DNA from: Candidatus Thorarchaeota archaeon
GTDB lineage: Archaea; Asgardarchaeota; Thorarchaeia; Thorarchaeales; Thorarchaeaceae
Assembly: GCA_003345555.1 (NCBI GenBank)
Contig: PRDJ01000010.1
Coordinates: 74,513 to 106,512 of the forward strand
DNA length: 32,000 nucleotides
Reading direction: 5' to 3'
Shown one piece after another: positions 26,865-32,000 of the stretch. Position 1 is the first letter of the stretch; every line of letters begins with the position of its first letter. The notes under the pieces were generated by a model, which saw nothing but the letters and a program-made list of their open reading frames with translations, ran no database searches and had not been told where the DNA came from. Made by a program: the position numbers and the translations under genes.

Positions 26865-27245
26865 ATGGCAGCCAACGCGACGCCTAGGCTCTTCAGATAC
26901 AAACAGGTAATTGCAGTGAGAACTGACTTGGATATGAGCCGAGGGAAGATTGCAGTTCAGGTGGCACATGGCGCTCTGAGCGCTGCAGAGCGTGCAAGAG
27001 TCACTCGTCAGGATGTCTGGAAGGCCTGGTTGGATGAGGGACAGAAGAAGGTTGCCGTGAAAGTTGCATCAGAGAAGGATCTGCTGGATCTGAAACGTCT
27101 AGCCGTCGTTCACAGGCTGCCAAATGCGTTGATTCGGGACGCGGGGATGACCGAGCTTCCACCCGGTACAATCACGGTTGTTGGAATTGGTCCTGCCCTT
27201 TCCGAGGAAATCGACAAGGTGACTGGCAGTCTCAAGCTGCTTTGA
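26865..27245 (+). CDS. pth2: peptidyl-tRNA hydrolase Pth2
   Basis: KQVIAVRTDLDMSRGKIAVQVAHG...GQKKVAVKV...IRDAGMTELPPGTITVVGIGP...KLL. Confidence 0.97.
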   Translation: MAANATPRLFRYKQVIAVRTDLDMSRGKIAVQVAHGALSAAERARVTRQDVWKAWLDEGQKKVAVKVASEKDLLDLKRLAVVHRLPNALIRDAGMTELPPGTITVVGIGPALSEEIDKVTGSLKLL

Positions 27246-27254
27246 GGGAATGCA

Positions 27255-28601
27255 GTGCAGCCCGCACATCCTCTTGAACAGAGCATCGGCATGGAGTTCT
27301 ACTGCACCGACACTCCCGGCATCGGTGGGCGTCTTAGAAGTCGTTTCGAGGACTTTGTGGTTGAGGAAATCACGCCAACAGGTAACATCTTGGAAGTGAA
27401 AGAGTGGCCGACTGAGGCCATGGTCGGTGAGAAAGAACCTATCCAAGGTACGCCATCCAAGTATGTCCAGCTCACTGTCCAGAAGATGGGTCTGTCTACT
27501 CTGGACCTAGCGACTATTGTGGCCGCTGCCACAAAGGTTCCGAGGCATCTGGTGAGCTATGCTGGCCTCAAAGACAAACGGGCTGTTACAGTACAAGTAA
27601 TGTCTCTGCCTGCACATGCATTCAAATCGTTGGAGCAGACTCATCTATCAAGAATTGCAATCCGTGCTCCTCAGTATGTTCGTCGCCCAGTAAGAGTTGG
27701 CGATTTATGGGGTAACCGTTTCACCGTGTTGCTTAGAGGTATGGAAGCCGACTGTAACACTGCACTTGCCTTGGCCGATTCTCTTGGGCGTCAATCGATA
27801 CTCAACTACTTTGGAGTGCAGAGGTTTGGTGTCACTAGACCGTTCACATACCTCATAGGAAAGTCATTGGTGAAGAAAGACTACGATGGAGCGGTCCGAA
27901 TGATGCTCTCAAGAGTGATTCCCGAAGAGCAAGTCGAGTCGGTCGAGAGGCAACTAGGGGCAGCTGAGGACTTGGCTCCCGAAGAGGTTTCTTCAGACTC
28001 GTCGTCAAATGGGGTGTTGTACGAACGGGCAGTAGCACAATATCTTGCTAAGCATCCGGGTGACTACTTTGGAGCCATGACCAAGGTCGCTCCCCGGGTC
28101 TTAACAATTCTAGTACATTCGTATCAATCCTACCTGTTTAACCGATTGATAAGTCTGCGTGCAAAGAATGGCCTATCGATCCATGAGCCAGAGCCCGGCG
28201 ATTTCTTAATTCAGCTTGACCAGACACACTCGGGAAGAGACTCTTGGTTGTTTGTCACCGAGCGAAAACTTGAGGAATGCAGGAGATTGGTTGAGTCGGG
28301 CAGTCATGGCCTTGCAGCTCCCGTGCCCGGATACTCAACCAAGATACCGCCATCCAGACAATCAGATTTGCTGAAGCAGATTCTGAGGGCAGAGGGCCTC
28401 TACCTGAGGGAGTTCAGAAACGTTCAGGTGAGGTCGTTAGATTCGCCCGGCGGTCTACACCTGGTGTCAATCCAGCCAATTGGGATGAAGGCACAATGCG
28501 ATGGTGACTGCCTCATGCTTAGATTCAGTCTCAGAAAAGGTTCCTACGCCACTGTTGTTCTTCGTGAACTAATGAAGGCCGATCCAACGGGCCTTGCCTA
28601 G
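27255..28601 (+). CDS. truD: tRNA pseudouridine 13 synthase TruD
   Basis: EDFVVEE, YAGLKDKRAVTVQ, GNRFTV, NYFGVQRFG, YQSYLFN and GSYATVVLRE. Confidence 0.96.
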   Translation: MQPAHPLEQSIGMEFYCTDTPGIGGRLRSRFEDFVVEEITPTGNILEVKEWPTEAMVGEKEPIQGTPSKYVQLTVQKMGLSTLDLATIVAAATKVPRHLVSYAGLKDKRAVTVQVMSLPAHAFKSLEQTHLSRIAIRAPQYVRRPVRVGDLWGNRFTVLLRGMEADCNTALALADSLGRQSILNYFGVQRFGVTRPFTYLIGKSLVKKDYDGAVRMMLSRVIPEEQVESVERQLGAAEDLAPEEVSSDSSSNGVLYERAVAQYLAKHPGDYFGAMTKVAPRVLTILVHSYQSYLFNRLISLRAKNGLSIHEPEPGDFLIQLDQTHSGRDSWLFVTERKLEECRRLVESGSHGLAAPVPGYSTKIPPSRQSDLLKQILRAEGLYLREFRNVQVRSLDSPGGLHLVSIQPIGMKAQCDGDCLMLRFSLRKGSYATVVLRELMKADPTGLA

Positions 28602-29185
28602 CGTCTGGCTTGTCTTCGAGTGAAGTCCTTCATCCTCTGCTCGAAATCATCGGATGACGCCTTTGACTTCTTGGGGGTTCCTTCCTCTTGGTACTGGAAT
28701 ATCGCCTGCTCTTCCATGACTGCAGTCACGATTCGTCTCAGGTCTTCGAGAGAGTATCCAATCCTGGGTCTGTCCTCTGCGCGGAGCATGACTACATTCT
28801 CCCTCGATCCGTCCGGAAGATACAGACTATTCACGCCGGTCTCAATTGCTGGATGAATGAGCTCCCTCACGAGTTTCCTGAGATTGGCTGGCCGTTCAAG
28901 AATAACAACTTCACCGTATGTTGCTCTCAATTCCTCAAGCAGGTCAGGCAGTGATAGTAGGATGTCCCTGCCTTTCTTATTGACAACCAGAACAAGCCTG
29001 CTTGATACGTTTAGAGCCCCGAAGAGGGTGAGGTCCTCAATGGCCGGGAACTGCTCTTGTCGTGTGAGAATCCATTTCGAGAAATCGACATCGAATTGAG
29101 TTATCTGTCCGCTGTCGAGTTTCTTTTGGCAATCAGAGCACAAGATGTCAGAATCAAGGTCGGCTACGCACACTGGCAGATGCAT
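28598..29185 (-). CDS. archaeal NusA-like (NusA2-type) KH protein with N-terminal Cys motif
   Basis: MHLPVCVADLDSDILCSDCQKKLDSGQITQFDV resembles the archaeal NusA-paralogue N-terminus. Start set at ATG 29185. Confidence 0.7.
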   Translation of the reverse strand: MHLPVCVADLDSDILCSDCQKKLDSGQITQFDVDFSKWILTRQEQFPAIEDLTLFGALNVSSRLVLVVNKKGRDILLSLPDLLEELRATYGEVVILERPANLRKLVRELIHPAIETGVNSLYLPDGSRENVVMLRAEDRPRIGYSLEDLRRIVTAVMEEQAIFQYQEEGTPKKSKASSDDFEQRMKDFTRRQARR

Positions 29186-29260
29186 TATAGGATTCCTCGC
29201 CCATGGAGTGCGCCAAGTGTGGCCGGCTTCCAGGCGAGGATCATGCAATACTCAAGTTAC

Positions 29261-29572
29261 TCATCGTGCGAGAGTTATATCTATAGTCGAGACGTTGAGG
29301 TCGGTACCCTTCTCTGTTTGTACAGTTGTAGTACCAATCGTGATTGACGCGACTTTGAGTTCCGATATGAATCGGTGTCGTGTTATTTCAGCAACATCCA
29401 CTGCTCTACTAATGAGACGTCCTCTCGCCTTTATGGTGACTTCTGTAGCTCCTTTGTTGAAGAGGGTCACGCAGGCCAGAACGTAACTCATTACATTCTT
29501 GGCTCCGACTAAGATGGTCGATTTTGGCTTGCTCTTGCCAAGGTCTTCACTGTCGGTGTTCTCCTCTGTCAC
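29261..29572 (-). CDS. albA: chromatin/RNA-binding protein Alba
   Basis: ILVGAKNVMSYV...IKARGRLISRAVDVAE...VSTIDITL. Confidence 0.96.
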   Translation of the reverse strand: MTEENTDSEDLGKSKPKSTILVGAKNVMSYVLACVTLFNKGATEVTIKARGRLISRAVDVAEITRHRFISELKVASITIGTTTVQTEKGTDLNVSTIDITLAR

Positions 29573-29876
29573 CAGAAGCTTACCAACCTGCCGTCACTCA
29601 TTTGGGCATATGCTTTACTCGAGGCGCTTCTAATATTGATTTCGATTGCCAGATGCGCATATCCGGCGTGACCGCATTAATCATCGCATCACGGGACCGA
29701 AGCAGTCTCTCGGCAAATGACTTTAGAGACTTGATATGACCTTTGTCGACTCTAACATTCGTGTCATCTAGGACCACGACTGGACTGCTTACCGATTCGG
29801 TGTTCCAGATTCGAGCTCACCATTGCGGAAGGCTTTTTTCTGACAATCGGGGCCTCTGAAATGGGATCTATGAGTA

Positions 29877-31142
29877 ATGGTAAGATTGACCTTTCTGGGC
29901 TCATGCAGAGAGATAGGACGTTCCGGTTTCCACCTTCAGGAGCATAATGAAAGCATCCTGATAGACTACGGTGTGAAGCTTCTAGAGAACCCTGTCTTCC
30001 CGAGTCGTGTGCCTACCGATGACCTTCAAGGAATCGCACTCACGCATGCCCATCTTGATCATTCAGGTGGGCTTCCTCTCTTGCTCACTCACGATGACGT
30101 CTCACTCTTTTGTACGCCTGCTACACGAGACTTGAGCACAGTCCTGCTTGACGATATGTATGAGCTCTCAAAGGCGCGTCTGCCGTTTTCAGGCAAAGAC
30201 ATCGCACGACTCGAACGACAGTGCCAGCCAACCGCGTATGAAGAGACGATTCCGCTCGGACGCCATTTCGAAATCACTCTATTCAACGCTGGTCACATTC
30301 CAGGTAGTGCGATGGTATCCGTAAGGTGTGATACAAAACGGATACTATTCACGGGTGATTTCAACTCGATTGAAACACAGCTGAATGCCGGAGCTAGGAA
30401 GAATCTGCCCAAGCACGACATCGTGGTGACCGAGAGTACCTATGCTCAGAGGGTCAATCCGAAGAGAGAAGAAATCGAAGAAGAGTTCATTCAGTCAGTC
30501 ACGGAGACCTTACAGCGTGGGGGTACTGTACTCATTCCTGCTTTTGCTGTGGGACGCAGCCAAGAAATAATGTGCATCTTCGAGAAATACAACTTGCCTG
30601 GAAAGTACACGGTCTATGTTGATGGTCTGGCCAGAAAGGTCAATGAAGTTGTGATTAAGCACCCAGGCTACATTGCATCTCCACAAGCGTTCGAGAGAGC
30701 AGTTGAAAGGACTCGGATTGTCTATGACGACCGGGACCGTTTCACGGCAATGAAGAAGGGTGGAGTAATCATCTCTCCCGCAGGGATGCTCAAGGGTGGT
30801 CCCTCGCATCTCTACTTCAGAATGCTCCACGACGACCCGAGGAACTCCATAGTCCTTGTGAGCTTCCAGATTCCGGGAACGCCTGGAGCCGAATTGCTTG
30901 CCAAGCGCAAAGTGACGGTGAATAACAAACTCTTTGATGTGGCCGCAGATGTCAGATTTCACCATCTGAGCAGTCATTCTGATGCTGATGGCTTGATGGA
31001 CGTCTTGGAGAAAATTCCCGGGGATCCAGAATTCTACTGTGTGCACGGCGAACCTGATTCATGTGACGCACTGGCCGAGAAACTAGGCAACATTGGAAGA
31101 CGAGCACACGTGCCAGAGACAAACGATGCAATAGAGGTCTAG
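29877..31142 (+). CDS. metallo-beta-lactamase beta-CASP RNase lacking KH domains (aCPSF2-like)
   Basis: GSCREIGRSG, THAHLDHSG, NAGHIPGS, TGDF, ESTY, SSHSD and VHGE. Confidence 0.92.
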   Translation: MVRLTFLGSCREIGRSGFHLQEHNESILIDYGVKLLENPVFPSRVPTDDLQGIALTHAHLDHSGGLPLLLTHDDVSLFCTPATRDLSTVLLDDMYELSKARLPFSGKDIARLERQCQPTAYEETIPLGRHFEITLFNAGHIPGSAMVSVRCDTKRILFTGDFNSIETQLNAGARKNLPKHDIVVTESTYAQRVNPKREEIEEEFIQSVTETLQRGGTVLIPAFAVGRSQEIMCIFEKYNLPGKYTVYVDGLARKVNEVVIKHPGYIASPQAFERAVERTRIVYDDRDRFTAMKKGGVIISPAGMLKGGPSHLYFRMLHDDPRNSIVLVSFQIPGTPGAELLAKRKVTVNNKLFDVAADVRFHHLSSHSDADGLMDVLEKIPGDPEFYCVHGEPDSCDALAEKLGNIGRRAHVPETNDAIEV

Positions 31143-31149
31143 TACGAAA

Positions 31150-31362
31150 CTACTCTTCGGCCTCAGGCTTTGCTTCCACAACTTGGCACTTCACTTGCTG
31201 AAGAATGTCCTCGGCTTGCTGGGGCTCGACAATCAATGTGTAGAGATACTTAGGAGTCCGAAGCTTTAGCTTGACCTGATTAGCACCTCTCCTGACTCGA
31301 CACTCAGTCGCGCTCTCTGTCATCTCGAGGAATCGTGCCACATCCGTGATTATTCTTGGCAT
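31150..31362 (-). CDS. rpl38e: 50S ribosomal protein L38e
   Basis: MPRIITDVARFLEM...KLKLRTPKYLYTL matches the L38e pattern MPxxIxDxxxFL...KxRxxxYLYTL. Confidence 0.9.
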   Translation of the reverse strand: MPRIITDVARFLEMTESATECRVRRGANQVKLKLRTPKYLYTLIVEPQQAEDILQQVKCQVVEAKPEAEE

Positions 31363-31582
31363 TTGTAGGCCTCTTGTTGTTGTACAAGTGACCGGGAGCG
31401 ATTCCCTTCGCTCCAGCCCTTCAGTACTTGCCTTGACATTCGCATTATAAGAATGTCGGAATGTCGTGCTGAGATGCTTACATACGTTAGGACTGCGTCC
31501 TACTCCAAGACCCGATGAACGCGCTTGAGTTTTTGTTCTGTGACGAGCTCCCTAGATGAGGAATGTGGTGGGCAGGGAGGGA

Positions 31583-31613
31583 ATTCCGATAGACAGGGCG
31601 ACCCTGGACTATT
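31583..31613 (-). other. BHB tRNA intron (T-loop, 59/60), 31 nt
   Basis: Outer helix is the T stem, central TTCG/CGGA, bulges AG|A and AT|T, inner ATAG/CTAT plus hairpin CAGGG-TCG-CCCTG. Confidence 0.88.
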
Positions 31614-31628
31614 CTCGAACCCTCGACA

Positions 31629-31661
31629 GAGGCGGGCAGACTTACGCGAGGGCATCTGCCT
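31629..31661 (-). other. BHB tRNA intron (variable loop, 44/45), 33 nt
   Basis: Central GGCG/CGCC, bulges GA|A and TC|T, inner GGCAGA/TCTGCC, 2-bp outer helix AC/GT. Confidence 0.88.
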
Positions 31662-31731
31662 TCCGCCGTGTGAAGGCGGCATCATAACCGGGCTAGATCA
31701 CCTGCCCTAGACTGGCGAAGGAATCGGCTGG

Positions 31732-31740
31732 ATATTTAAG
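31732..31740 (-). promoter_or_regulatory. TATA box of tRNA-Val(CAC)
   Basis: CTTAAATAT on the minus strand at -25 to -33. Confidence 0.5.
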
Positions 31741-31887
31741 AATGATGGCCGGCTATGGGGAGATTAGCATGAAGAACAGAACGAAGTCTAGCGGCATCAC
31801 ATATTAGAGAGAAAGAAACGCGGGCTAGGAAGAGTGAATGAAAGCGGCACGAGAACAGCTACCACAGGCCGCGTTCTTCAAAGTCGA

Positions 31888-31998
31888 CTAAACATCATCG
31901 ATAACTGTTATCCGCCTGCTTCTGATAAATAGAATCGCGATGGCAAGAATGATGACTGTGCCTACGCCCCCTGCCAATATGGGAAGAGGCAATTGAGT
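31888..31998 (-). CDS. C-terminus of a membrane-anchored surface protein (partial, enters from window end)
   Basis: Manual translation TQLPLPILAGGVGTVIILAIAILFIRSRRITVIDDV*: a TM helix plus basic stop-transfer residues. Confidence 0.6.
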   Translation of the reverse strand, partial: TQLPLPILAGGVGTVIILAIAILFIRSRRITVIDDV

Positions 31999-32000
31999 GG

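Larger units (their letters stand above)
31566..31707 (-). tRNA. tRNA-Val(CAC) with two non-canonical introns (44/45 and 59/60)
   Basis: Acceptor GGGCAGG/CCTGCCC, D arm ATCTAGCCCGGTTATGAT, CCGCC-TTCACAC-GGCGG, T stem GAGGG/CCCTC, ACCA. Removing 33+31 nt yields a 78-nt cloverleaf with variable loop ATGTC and T loop TTCGAGT. Confidence 0.92.

Noticed and set aside
26799-26969. N-terminal extension of the geranylgeranyl reductase
   Set aside because: It overlaps divergent pth2; the Rossmann motif starts just after ATG 26798.
29573-29876. 300-nt intergenic region as SRP RNA, RNase P RNA or a small ORF
   Set aside because: No SRP helix-8 (CAGG...GGAA...AGCAG) or RNase P P4 motifs, and only short motif-less ORFs; best explained as divergent promoters/leaders.
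31566-31707. tRNA-Sec (TTCA in the loop) or cobalamin riboswitch-like reading (AGGGAATTCCG...ACCTGCC)
   Set aside because: The 7-nt loop places CAC, not TCA, at 34-36; the acceptor is 7 bp with discriminator A; two BHB introns explain all extra sequence.
186-31710. Numerous short antisense/overlapping ORFs in the six-frame track (e.g. 426-791, 2521-2937, 4190-4837, 7956-8756, 24923-25453, 30510-31046, 31525-31710)
   Set aside because: They overlap well-supported genes or tRNAs on other frames and show no recognisable motifs.
1-32000. CRISPR array, rRNA genes, tandem repeats
   Set aside because: I saw no regularly spaced direct repeats or rRNA-conserved motifs.

Overview
This is a housekeeping-rich archaeal window. 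The gene set (eukaryote-like type IB topoisomerase, L38e, S19e, Sm-L37e, aCPSF1-psmB, Pus10-L21e-Rpo4-DUF655-KsgA-HemK2, Alba, SepF) suggests an Asgard/TACK-related archaeon, plausibly Thorarchaeia; that assignment is inference, not a database result. I support 39 CDSs, three of them missing from the ORF track (partial rps19e, a 50-aa Zn-ribbon ORF, a partial C-terminal membrane anchor), and six tRNA genes, all with encoded CCA. The main result is that four of the six tRNA genes are interrupted by five introns, none at the canonical 37/38 site. Gly(TCC) and Gly(GCC) carry homologous 48-nt introns at 14/15, Ala(GGC) a 30-nt intron at 56/57, and Val(CAC) two introns (33 nt at 44/45, 31 nt at 59/60). 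All five fold by hand into bulge-helix-bulge (BHB) or relaxed BHB motifs, and removing them restores normal cloverleafs. The two Gly introns show compensatory base changes and an invariant unpaired UGAAGACA motif. Secondary findings: a TopIB with a very long coiled-coil linker, a membrane-anchored HTH regulator next to a PepSY-like-repeat membrane protein, an MNT/HEPN-like fusion, a ligand-less rubrerythrin-fold protein and hairpin leaders on two r-protein genes. No CRISPR array, rRNA, integrase or transposase was seen.
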